Part shown: positions 39,973 through 51,890 of the stretch, piece by piece
Layout: the number at the start of each line of letters is the position of its first letter
Numbering within the stretch: the stretch's first letter is position 1
Assembly: GCF_001194135.2 (NCBI RefSeq)
Contig: NC_068985.1
Coordinates: forward strand, 99,929,226-99,989,358
Reading direction: 5' to 3'
Origin: Octopus bimaculoides
Lineage: Eukaryota
DNA: 60,133 nt
Notes under the pieces: model-generated
The model's database searches: none
Told to the model about the DNA's origin: nothing
Seen by the model: only the letters and a program-made list of their open reading frames with translations
Position numbers and translations under genes: made by a program

Positions 39973-42900
39973 NNNNNNNNNNNNNNNNNNNNNNNNNNNN
40001 NNNNNNNNNNNNNNNNNNNNNNNNNNNNNNNNNNNNNNNNNNNNNNNNNNNNNNNNNNNNNNNNNNNNNNNNNNNNNNNNNNNNNNNNNNNNNNNNNNNN
40101 NNNNNNNNNNNNNNNNNNNNNNNNNNNNNNNNNNNNNNNNNNNNNNNNNNNNNNNNNNNNNNNNNNNNNNNNNNNNNNNNNNNNNNNNNNNNNNNNNNNN
40201 NNNNNNNNNNNNNNNNNNNNNNNNNNNNNNNNNNNNNNNNNNNNNNNNNNNNNNNNNNNNNNNNNNNNNNNNNNNNNNNNNNNNNNNNNNNNNNNNNNNN
40301 NNNNNNNNNNNNNNNNNNNNNNNNNNNNNNNNNNNNNNNNNNNNNNNNNNNNNNNNNNNNNNNNNNNNNNNNNNNNNNNNNNNNNNNNNNNNNNNNNNNN
40401 NNNNNNNNNNNNNNNNNNNNNNNNNNNNNNNNNNNNNNNNNNNNNNNNNNNNNNNNNNNNNNNNNNNNNNNNNNNNNNNNNNNNNNNNNNNNNNNNNNNN
40501 NNNTATATATATATATATATATATATATATTGGTGTGTATTTGTATGTTTGTATATGTATGTTTGTGCATATATATATATCTATTAAATACATATCCATT
40601 TATCTATCTTTAGACATCTACAAATATGTGTGTGTGTGTGTACGTGTGTGTTTGGTGTACATATGTATATATATATATGCACACAATAATAATTACGGAA
40701 CGAAGATTGCAATAATATTACACGTCGCACGGACATTATTTGCGCCTAATGTATTCGATTCTTTAACTTACTAATGGTATATGTTAACATCTAACAGAAT
40801 TCGAAGACGGCGAAATAAAGAAAGCCACGAGAGAGAAACTATTAAATATTCTCCACACGCAGATAAGTCACAAAGGTGCAGACCCACCTATTACTACTTT
40901 AATATGTTTAATGAATGTTATCTAATTACAGCTAAATACATTATTTCCATTCATTTACATCAATGAATGCGAACACCTTCATTATTTTACTGTTATTCTC
41001 AATTTTGAAAGGCATATCTAATCTCTACTGCATCAGACCTTAATGTTTATGACATTGTTAGTCTAATATCTGCAGTTCTGCAGGAAATTAAACACGTAAA
41101 ATCATTCGAATACGCTAATTGTGTATAAATTATTTTATCTGCAGATAGCTGTTCACTGATTGTCTCACCTAAACGGAAAACAGTAATATTATGGGACGCC
41201 AACAACGGATCTTCTAGGCTCCGGCTGACTGCTCGATAGAGCCGCCAATCTCACTTATATTAATATCGTGATAAAGAGAACTAGTTCTACACAAGGGAAA
41301 GTTCTATGATATTTCTAATAGAAAACGTAATGGTCATGGACGAAATAAAGTTTATTATATTTCTAGGCAATGAAAACTAGCTTGAGGCTGATACGCAACT
41401 AAAAGCTTCATGGAAAATATCTTCATGTACGAAGTTACTTTTGAGATTATATGGCTGGCGAATAGTATTTTCTATGTTCTCTTACGTGAATATCCTGTTT
41501 TCGTACGAAAACTCAAGAATTGAAGAGGTGGTAATAATTCATTTATCCTGTTTGTAATTTAGAATTTGGAATATTTGTTCTAAATTAGGATTGTTTCAGT
41601 CATTTGTTTTAGTCTTATTCTTAGTCTATTTCTTATCTATTAGTCTATTACTTATCAAAATACAAATTAATAAATATCAAAATGTTCATAAAATATATTA
41701 TAATAACATTCTTGAAAATCAGGAGCGAAAAATCCATAACGCCGTAATTTGTTCAGATGTCATTGTTTTAGTTTTCGTTTTTACTCACTTTTGGTGGAGA
41801 AGGCTGTACCATAGATTTTACAGGCCCTCCGAAACTGTTTAAATTGAAGCAAATATTCATTTCAGCCATTGTAACTCAAGGCTTGCAAGAAAAATATGAG
41901 CGAGGACACATTTCCCCGGTGTCAATCTTTTTGGAAAGAATGATTTAGCGTGACGGCTAGAGGTCTATCTAGCTGGTGGATACTAACAGATTGGGAAGTG
42001 ATCAAAGATAACTTGGACGATGATCTCTGCTAGATTCGAGGAGCCTATTTATTAGCTGTAGAAATGTGAGAAAATTGAGACAGCATATTGGTGGGCCAGC
42101 GGCTGCAGCGGGTCTTTGAAAGGATCTATGACAACCAGTTGACATGTATTTTCCAATCATTGCATGCAAAAAATTCTCCTATGTCTTGTGACACTTAAGT
42201 TCCAGAATTTATACTAATACCTTCAGATTTCATGAGATGTAATAGCTTATTTTTCTTTCTAATAATCTGCTGGCAAAAATATAAGTATGGATTTCTATTT
42301 CCTGCTAAGCAATTTTAGAGTCGACACATCTTATTTATAGAAAGATCCGTTTTCAACATGACATATAGAGTTTTGCCTTCCAGTGTTGTGTAAAACGTTT
42401 AGTGTCCTATTATTAAAGGAAAGATATCATCATCCCTGTGCAATCATTTGACATGTACATAATTAAATAACAGGTTATTGCTATATCAAATCGATGACTG
42501 TTATCTTTCTCGGTATGTATAACTACTTTATTATCATTTCAATTGTCTCTGATTTACATAGCCAACCGAATAAGAATTCCTATGAAAGAATAAAGATTTT
42601 ATTCTAATTATACATCAAAAGATGTAATTACGTAAGCGGCTCAATCTCTGTACCCGTCTCCCATTCCCCTTCACTCCTTGTATGCATATACATACATACA
42701 TAATTGCACGCGCGCGCGCACACACACATACACACACTGAAATTATATATACTTTAATTATGTGTTCAAGCATATGTACAGCTGCTACTCTTATGTTTAC
42801 GCACCTTAACAACGATAGTGTATAATGCTGTATCAATCTGATGTGTGTTTCTGGTACATGTGCGTCTACCTCATATGGTCATGTGTGTGAGTAGATGCGT

Positions 42901-43039
42901 GTTGCAGGTATCATTTCGTTGATGTGTGTATGCATGTGTGTATCTCATATGTGAGAGTGTGTGCCAAGTAACTGCGGGTGTTTAATTCCTGTTTATGTTG
43001 TGTATACGATCCAGCAAGAAATCCCTCTGGTGGTACAAT

Positions 43040-43480
43040 CAGTTTTATAATTCTTTCCGTTGATGTATGCTATAAGAGGGATGAGAATATGTACTCTTTC
43101 GCGGATGCAAATTTAGCAATATGGTGCTCCAGATGAGCAATGACTGGCCTTGTCAAAGACACTCCATTCGTATTTGGGCGGCGGATTGTCTTTCTGATAG
43201 TCACGAAGGTTACAAACAAACTGTTAGCTGAAATGTCCTGATTAAATGGCGAGTTGAACCAGACTACTACTTTTTTTCCTGCTTCTCTCAGTGAATCTAC
43301 GCACCAATGCGTCGTGTCATTAGGTACTGTCTTGTTGAAGATCGTTACGTCTACTGAAAGATTAAAGTTTCTTCAACTGAAACCTGAAACTAAGTTTCTA
43401 ATTGCAGCAAAAGAGATGTTAGTGTTTCTGGGGATATGTACATTGTTCGTGTTGGACTTTCTTCTTCATTAGAAAGTCGA
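43040..43480 (-). mobile_element. Penelope-like element relic, RT thumb/C-terminal region
   Basis: Minus frames give YPRNTNISFAAIRNLVSGFS*RNFNLSVDVTIFNKTVP...SLREAGKKVVVWFNSPFNQDISAN, matching the recalled PLE pattern SNHP..IIKN....I.RR+S.+S....IFN...P...L..+G...IIWFNPP(F/Y). Contains stops. Confidence 0.6.
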
Positions 43481-44172
43481 TTGACAGATTGGTAGGATTG
43501 AAATTATGACGTGGTAATGGTATTTTGCCAACAAGTTATATGCAGTGAGAACGTACGTTAAAATTTTTCTTAACCATGACACTTCTTTGTGATCGTTATC
43601 ATCAAAATATTTGGGGGATTTTAAAGTTAAGTTTAAATAGTAAACCTAATAATTAATTGGTTTGGTTTTCTAATAATAAACCCAATCGAACTCTTATTCA
43701 TATATATTTATGAATTTGAAGCTATAATATCGTTTAGAGTAATATGAATGTAATGTTATGTTAGCCACCAATTCACAACGCATAGGTGTCAGGCATAGCT
43801 GATTGGAAAGTTACTCCTCGGTGAGTCGATGAGCTAGACACGATACTGAAATCTGTAAAATAAACGAAGAGTATAGTCTATCGACTGGGTTCCAATTTAG
43901 CTGAAGACCACAGCATCACCAAAATAACTTCAAATGCTATTTAATATGTGATGCATGATTAGGGAGGAGGTTTATGTAAAAGATCAGAGGAGATAAATCT
44001 TCATTCGAGACGAATAAGGAAATAACCGCACCATAATAATTTGTGAAATAATAATTGCCGATGAGTATATTAAGATAACTCATGACCGATGTTCACTATT
44101 ATTCCGATCTATGTGCATCTAGTTGTTCGATCAAAACCACAACGTACTGATAAGGACAACAGCTGATAATAT

Positions 44173-44382
44173 TTTCTATTATAGGTTCAAGGCCAGAAGC
44201 TTTGGGGTAGTGGACTAGTTGATGACATCGACCCCAGAATTTCCATCGTACTTAATTTATCGACCCTGAAAGGATGAAAGGCAAAATCGACTTTGGTGGA
44301 ATTTGAACTCAGAACGTAGCGATGGGCGAAATACCGCTAAGCATTTCGTCCAGTGTGCTAACGACTCTGCCAGCTCGCCGAC
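44173..44382 (-). mobile_element. SINE family B (tail type 2)
   Basis: The head and core match family B. The tail ...ccccaaagcttctggccttgaacctataatagaa resembles the 49744 copy and not the 6786 or 48592 copies. Confidence 0.9.
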
Positions 44383-45083
44383 TAAGAAGCTAATAATTCC
44401 ACAGATACATGAACACTTAACACAATTCTCGCAGAGAAGAGATGTATCAGAACTACTAAGAGATATATCAGAACTACGAATAAGGTGGACATTAGAACTA
44501 CAAGTACTAGTTTCTTTATAGATTCCATCGACCAAAATTTAGCTAAAATGCTCCGGTCAACAAGGGACAAAATAAAATGCTTTTAATTAAGTTGCATGGG
44601 ACGAAATGGAGTCGAACACATTCATTTTATCATTGCGAAGCCATATTTCTAATCCAAACAATCCATAAGAATAATACATGTTCGCACCCACAGGATAACT
44701 CATATCATTTAAAATTAAGAAGTGAATCCTTTCATATATTAGATCGCATACTCAACACTTAAGGACTAAATGCAATCTATCTACACGCTGCTCTTCTTTC
44801 AAGTATCATTTATCTAATACGAGCTTGATAAATAGGATCTTATATTTGGCTTGCCTTAAACTAATATATCTGTTAGATAAGGAATGGCACTAACATATTA
44901 AAGAGAATACAAATTCAATTTATACCCGTCAGAGGGTATAAAATTACTAAGAAATATAATGAATTAGATAGAAATCACTGCTGATTAATTTCTTAATATC
45001 ACATTTGAAAACTGAGCTATATTATTCAAGGTAATGAAAACCAATGATTATACACACTTAGACACATGTACATCCCATCGACG

Positions 45084-46110
45084 TATTGGGTAGGTTGAAA
45101 AGTCCATACGTTTCTTTTCGAAGCTAAATTTAAAGCACATAAATAGTTAACTTCAGTCTATCCCTGTCACATGCGCATTCGATTCAACTAGCGACGAAAC
45201 AAGATGTATTGTTTTCCTTTTCTCCGTGCCTGAGGTCATCCTAAAAATTGAGACACAAAACGAACATTATCATCGCCTCGTTCTTTATTGTTTCAAAAAA
45301 GACAAGAAAACGACGGAAACCTGCAGGAAAATGTGTACGGGAAGGACGCTGGTACGGAATGTATGTGGCAGAAGTGGTTTTCAAGGTTTCGATATGGATA
45401 TTTTTCGGTTTAAGTTGCACTTTGATCAAACTGAGATTAACAGCTACTAAATGAAGTTAGTAGACACCAGGATGATTGCAAATATTCTGCAAATATCTTA
45501 ACCGAGTGTTGAAAACCTTTTGCATCAAATCGGTTGCGTCAGCAGTCTCTGTGTTCGGGTCCCATATCAATTGAATGAGGCTTGCCTTGCCCAATGGTTT
45601 TCCATCTACGATTCGTTGCAGAAACGTGAGGAAAAGGATCATTTGTTGTTATTTTGTGGCGGGGGATTTTTGCAGAGAACGTTGACACGGGACAAGAAAT
45701 GAACAATCAATAAAACTGTCAAGCGCGAATGACCAGGGGAAAAGTGCGTGGAACCGCCACAAAGAACTTTCGAGGCAAGACATTGCCCGCTGAAAATGTT
45801 GCATTCAGTTTTGTCGGTTTGGAAGGGCGTTGTTTTTACGAGCTTCTTCCCAGAGACATGATCATGAATTCGGATGTGTAGTGTGACCGGCTGGAGAAAT
45901 TAGATTCAGGATCCGCGTTGATTATCCAGTACTTGCTAATATATTTCATGACAACAATGCCGGACTGCATGCGTATTTGCAGACACGGTAGATGTTACTG
46001 GGTCTTGGCAGGAAAGCTTAGCTGCATCCACCTTATTCTCCCGACCTAGCCCTTTCAAATTACTTCTTGTTTCTGTTTCTTGAAAATCCATTGAATGGAC
46101 AAATTTTCAA
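45084..46110 (+). mobile_element. Decayed mariner (DD34D) transposon, 3'-truncated
   Basis: TA plus TIR-like TTGGGTAGGTTGAAAAGTCCATACG. Frameshifted translation gives HYHRLVLYCFKK..GKDA..WQKWFSRFR (HTH), RVPYQL (WVPHEL), TRDKK* (TGDEKW), FYELLP, HDNNA, HPPYSPDLALSNY. The second-to-third catalytic positions (45953, 46058) are exactly 35 codons apart. Confidence 0.92.
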
Positions 46111-48591
46111 AACTAAGTTTCTGTACAACGAATTAGCGTTTATCTGGTACATATATTATTGGATTTGCGGTATATTCTGGCAACAGTATGGTGGACATCC
46201 TTATTAGACAAATACTTTGGCTTATTTTTTTTTCGTATTCACTGTACTCAACTCTCTAAAATCGCTTTGTTTTTAAAACTCGTGATTTATTTCCGCTTGA
46301 ATAAGCCAACGGATATTTTGGCCAACCTAAAAATGCTGAAAATATTTGAAATTCACCAGCAGTAAACGTGCTTGTTTGAAAAGCGGTGTTTATAAATATA
46401 TTACATGAAACATATAATTAGTCTATCGAAACTGATAGACAATGTAACTTGGATACACGTGGAAATGTACATTTTTGCGAGGTGTTATGATTTCCATTCG
46501 AAACCTTTACATTCCATTCTTCCAGATATATTGATACTTATGTTTAGTTATAATTCCATATTTGCTGAAGAAACTTGTAGATAATTAATTTCTTCCATTC
46601 GTTAGTACGAGGTATTTTTAGAGTTATTTTAATAAATCTTGGTTAGTAATATTTACTCCTTTCAAAACAGAAAAGAATAATTTGTGAAATATTTTTTTAA
46701 ATTCTAGTTAGTCGAGCACCTGCATAACGGCTCTCTCATTTGATTTCGTGTTTATGAATAATGAAAAGATACATGTTTTTTTATCAGCAAAGAATTACAC
46801 AAAATGACCGTGTACCAGTGGAAACATTTTACTCGTAATCGTATGGGGTACCACATATGTAACCGAACGATGTCTAGCCAACAAAACACACGTCAGTTTC
46901 TGCCTTACGTAGATGGTCTCAATGTTGAAAGGTGTCGCTGTATCCAACTTTTCTAGAGTTAGGTAAGCTTATGACAAAAATACTCAATTATTTGTTTAGT
47001 GATGATCATATTTAATACCGTTGCCACGATATACCATATATCCAACCACCGGTTTGTCGGGTTTTATGATACAGGTGAAATATATTCCCTCGTGAGAAAT
47101 AATGCATGATAAATAATCTATTCAGATAATAATAAAGAGTTGACGGAAGAGGAGTCACTTTTATGCTGCCATGTTTAATATTACATCTTTGTAGAACATT
47201 GTGTATGTATTGACAAATTAATGAGTTTGAATGCATTTTGTACTCTCATTCAGGAATGTGGCACCGGTGTTTTTAAGATCTGGACACTATTCTGATAAAG
47301 AAAATTTTGAACATAGCTTAACATCGTTTAAGATCAATATATCAGAAACGAATCCAAGTATCAAAAATTATGCATAATTCCTAATATAATTAAATATCGA
47401 ATTGGGTCCTTTAATACAAATCCTGTTTTAAAAATTGCTTGTTATCTGTTCGAACGGTCTGTATTTTAGAAACAGGAACTAAGGAAGTGGGCTTCATAAA
47501 CACACAAAAGCATGCCGCCGAATTTCTTCAGATCAAGTCTCGTTGTTTTAGAAATGTAGGAAGACCACTGGAAAATCATAGAATATTTATCAGAATAAAA
47601 TAAACTTTAAAGATTGGAACATTTAATCTTATAATTCTATTCGAATGGACTCTGTTTAGATTTACATAATCAACACAAGATAAACAAGAATCATATGCAT
47701 GGTATCTTATTATCAAAGGCAAGGTAGATAAATATTCGCAGTATAAGATTATCGTTTACAAAAGATACAAGCTGGATAAAATAAACAGCATTAGATCCAC
47801 TTACGTTATCCTGATTAAAATTAAGCCAAAAATTAACCAACAACAACAAAAAAGAGAACAACTTTATTAAATACAGTATGAATTATTTTATATCAAAATA
47901 ACCATCTATGTGTCATATATAATGCAAATATGTATCATATATAATGTAAATAAATCACTGAAAGGTAATTACTGAGGTATTGGTACAGAGATAAAACTTC
48001 TTAGGCACTTCCCGTATTTCAAAACAATATATATTGCAGGGCAACTATATAGTGTGCTTTTAACCATAGAACTTCCAAACGAGATGTTATACAAGGACAA
48101 GTATCACAGTAAATGTGCGTTTCAACATATTTACACCGCGTAAGATACACAGAAAATTATTTCGACACAATGCCGCTCGTATTTATATGTTATTTCAAAT
48201 TAAGTTAGTTGTGATCCTGATCTCACTCTACCTCTCCAAATTTAGCTGTAATTTTCTATCATCTATAATCCAAATTGTTTCTTTCCCTGTTTATACCCGC
48301 TAAACTAGCTTAACTACTAGAGAGATTGTGTTATACACGACTATTACGTACAAACGAGCTAAATAACTATTACTATAATCTTGTATTTATCGTAATGCCT
48401 AATAGTTTGTATTTCATAATTAGTAATGCTACTAATTACAGTTGTTACTTAAATATATACTACAAGAAATTGGATTATATTACACCCAATGAAGCTGTAA
48501 ACTTAACAGTAGCAGTTGTACATCTATTTGTGCACAGGTGATATACTATAAACACACACATGCATACACACCCCACACAGATACACTTATT

Positions 48592-48825
48592 AAGGCGGCG
48601 AGCTGGCAGAAACGTTAGCACGCCGGGCGAAATGCTTAACGGTATTTCGTTTGCCGTTACGTTCTGAGTTCAAATTCCGCCGATGTCGACTTTGCCTTTC
48701 ATCCTTTCCGGGTCGATTAAATAAGTACCGGTTACGCACTGGGGTCGATGTTATCGACTTAATCCATTTCTCTGTCCTTGTTTGTGCCCTCTGTGTGTAG
48801 CCCCTTGTGGGTAGTAAAGTAAAAA
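48592..48825 (+). mobile_element. SINE family B (tail type 1), full length
   Basis: Colinear with 6786-7020, B-box GAGTTCAAATTCC, and a 10-bp TSD ACACTTATTA at 48583-48592 and 48826-48835. Confidence 0.95.
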
Positions 48826-49347
48826 ACACTTATTAGCGACGGAATTAATATTGACACCAAAAGATAATGTTGATATGCATTTAAGTGTGGATGTTTTGTT
48901 AGTTAGGACGCATAATATCGCGTGTGATTCTCTCATGGTAACGATAGCAGTATTCTGTATTCTAACACAAAATTCACATTTGAGTGATGATCAATATTAC
49001 CTTTTGGTATTAACACTGCTTCTGTCGCTAATAAATATTATTTTAAATAAGTACACTGGTGGTTATTCGAGATATTAATACCTGGTTCGGCACTGAGAGC
49101 CTATGTAAATAGCTACCAGAGATATAACTGCTATTTACAGGCGTTGAGCGTCTACCATTGACAAGGTCGAAGAAGGCAGAAATCAATCATGTGATCTGGT
49201 GGTTTCTGTGGTGTCTGCTGCTTGCGATGTAAGCAAGAGTGCTCATATATACCAAAAGCCAGTATTCGTAATATGATAACTATCGAATTATTCTGTGTTA
49301 TAGCACAACATCCACTCTTAAGTGCGGATGACTATTACCTTCAAAGA

Positions 49348-49378
<31 letters not shown>

Positions 49379-49743
49379 TATATGTAGAACTTATTACATT
49401 TCTTCAAATGTCCTCCTTTTTTAATGAATATTAGTGCTATGCAACTCACATCGTCCTTTCTTATCTCGTATGCAGTAGTAACACGCAGGATATTAGTTTA
49501 GAACTCTGACTCTTAAAGCATTACATGTAGGTATTAAGAACATAACTATTCGCTATGCTGCTTTCATTTCGAAAGACACGGGCAATATCCTTCTTAAAGG
49601 CAGTATCATTATTAAATAGGACACGTGATAGAACTGTCTTAGATGCACAAATCCTGAGGAAAATGCAACCATACATCGGCTGAGTTTTGATCGCACACCT
49701 GCGCAATTTTAACTTTAGATGTAGTAAATTTCTCTTAAATATT

Positions 49744-49943
49744 CTTTTCTACTCTAGGTACAGGGACCGAAATTTTGGGTCGATTAGATCGACCCCAGTA
49801 CGTAATTGGTGCTCAATTTGTCGACAACCGAAAGGTTGGAAGTTGACCTCGGCGGAATTTGAACTCAGAACGTAAAGACAGACGAAATACCGCTAAGCAT
49901 TTTGCCTGGCGCTCTAACGTTTCGGCCAGCTCACCGCCTTAAC
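49744..49943 (-). mobile_element. SINE family B (tail type 2), complete insertion
   Basis: Family B head ends at 49940. A perfect 16-bp TSD ATTTCTCTTAAATATT lies at 49728-49743 and 49944-49959. Confidence 0.95.
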
Positions 49944-51009
49944 ATTTCTCTTAAATATTATAACCAACTACCGAGTTATTGCACACTTTCTTCCCATTGA
50001 AGTCTTAAATTTGTTGCCATATTACATTATTTCATAATTCCCTTATTTCCCGATCCATTACGACAAGTTAAATCGTTTTATATCCCTCGTATAAATCAGT
50101 TTTTGCAAGAAAATGAAATATCTATAATATGCAACACTTTCCTCTCCTCGGTTTTCAATTGATAACCATGAAGGAAATAAATGTGAATATTAACCAGTCT
50201 AAAAGTACCCAGTTGTTTTGATAGATAAATATAAGTGAGTGCTTAACATTTACACTATAAACCCATACTGCAAAAGAAAAACAACAACGACTTGCAGATA
50301 TTGTCGATTGATTACAACTGAAGGAAGTCAAGCAATTTCCTTTGACAAGACGAATATTTAATCCAAAATTAACAACCTTATTCGATGATATAAGTTTCTG
50401 AACAAAAGAGAGATTGACAGAAAAAGAAGAGGTTTGGGAGTTTGGGAGATCAGAGAGATATACAGGCCAGTAAACGAATTACAAACCCATTAACCCCAAG
50501 GGCCTCTCCACACGACCTTTGCAACATTAAATTATTACTTTAGGACAAACTAAATAAATATAAACACTTTTCATCGTATAGGTGATAAGATGTTCAATAC
50601 TCTCTTGTTAGAGACTTCGTCATTCTTAATACAGATTTCTATGGATTCTCTTCGATTATTTAAGAACATAACAAGATTTAAAGTAAATTAACGGAGAAAA
50701 CAGAGAAAGAATGGATGATTTCTTGAAAACGTGTTATATAAAGCTGCAACTGGTAAATCGTTATTCCTCTTCAACTGATTTGATTTGCAAATGTATTTCT
50801 CAATGGATTATTATAAACTGAAACGAAATCTATGTATGATCTCTTACATGAAATTTATGGAAAATAAATTCATGCACAGTATGAAGGTAAAATGTTAAAT
50901 CATTGGTTCTTGATACGTGGAAAATGAGAGGTTTCACTTGCCGATACATATCTCAAATTTACATCATTCCGTAAATAATACTCTCAAGTAAAGCATAAAC
51001 AGCACAAGG

Positions 51010-51043
51010 CACACACACACGCACACGCACACACACACAGACC

Positions 51044-51095
<52 letters not shown>

Positions 51096-51101
51096 TAAAC
51101 A

Positions 51102-51137
<36 letters not shown>

Positions 51138-51142
51138 TGTAT
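51010..51142. repeat. (CA)n/(TA)n/(ATGT)n compound microsatellite
   Basis: Read directly. Confidence 0.93.
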
Positions 51143-51707
51143 ATGAGAAATAATGGTGTCCTTTATACAACTAGATATAGTAGAATAGAAACATTGAAGT
51201 TACCTCAGAAATAAAAGATACTGGTGTAAATAAAATCGATATAATTAAAAGAACGAGCATCGATTGTGGTACGCAAAAGCAATAGCAAGTCGTCTGTGAA
51301 CTGAAGTTATATCAATGAACCTCTTCAGATAATACTAATAAAAGGGACAAGAAGACATGCAGGCAAACGTGCTCGCACACTCGCATACAATCGCACATAC
51401 ACGCACAATCACACACACACACACATGCACACACACTTCTATATATACTTCCGTACGCAAACAAAGGCATATGTGCATATGTGCATGCGTGTGTATGCAT
51501 ACATGCATGTCTATAGTTTTGGTAGCACAAAGAGCAGAAAGGCAATATATTTTTCGAATGAAAATAACCCCCCCCCCCCAGACACACATATACATATTGG
51601 CCGGGGCTATCCATATAGGGTTGGAGTCATTTGCACAAGCTACCACTGACTGGGCGTTCTCTCAATACCGCATATTTGAGAAATTCTAACTACATTGCTA
51701 CATCACG

Positions 51708-51711
<4 letters not shown>

Positions 51712-51767
<56 letters not shown>

Positions 51768-51812
51768 NNNNNNNNNNTCTCTCACTCTCTATCTCTCTCT
51801 CTCTCTCCCTCT
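51712..51812. repeat. (CT)n microsatellite with 10-N gap
   Basis: Read directly. Confidence 0.95.
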
Positions 51813-51816
51813 CTCT

Positions 51817-51890
51817 GCTTGCTTCCCAACCACATTATTCTGGGTTTACTTCCATTGTGTGGCACTTAGGAGTCGGGTGTCTAAAATGGA
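51817..51890 (+). mobile_element. Degraded SINE family C head fragment
   Basis: cttgcttcccaaccacattattctgggtttacttccattgtgtggcacttagg..gggtgtct parallels 23295-23370. Confidence 0.6.

Noticed and set aside
40798-40875. Plus-strand exon-like segment (FEDGEIKKATREKLLNILHTQISHK) after CTAACAG
   Set aside because: Weak donor and no recognisable family. It resembles the same receptor region as the minus-strand chain while being on the opposite strand, which shows how easily such matches arise by chance.
7991-49228. Other plus-strand exon-like segments: 7991-8051, 10667-10744, 19301-19366, 49141-49228
   Set aside because: Plausible splice sites and short open frames, but no recognisable product or consistent chain. 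This is expected by chance in 60 kb of AT-rich DNA.
50440-50520. REIYRPVNELQTH*PQGPL, similar to the PLE endonuclease C-terminal RE..W..L.T..P.GLN
   Set aside because: A single degenerate motif with no upstream GIY-YIG support.
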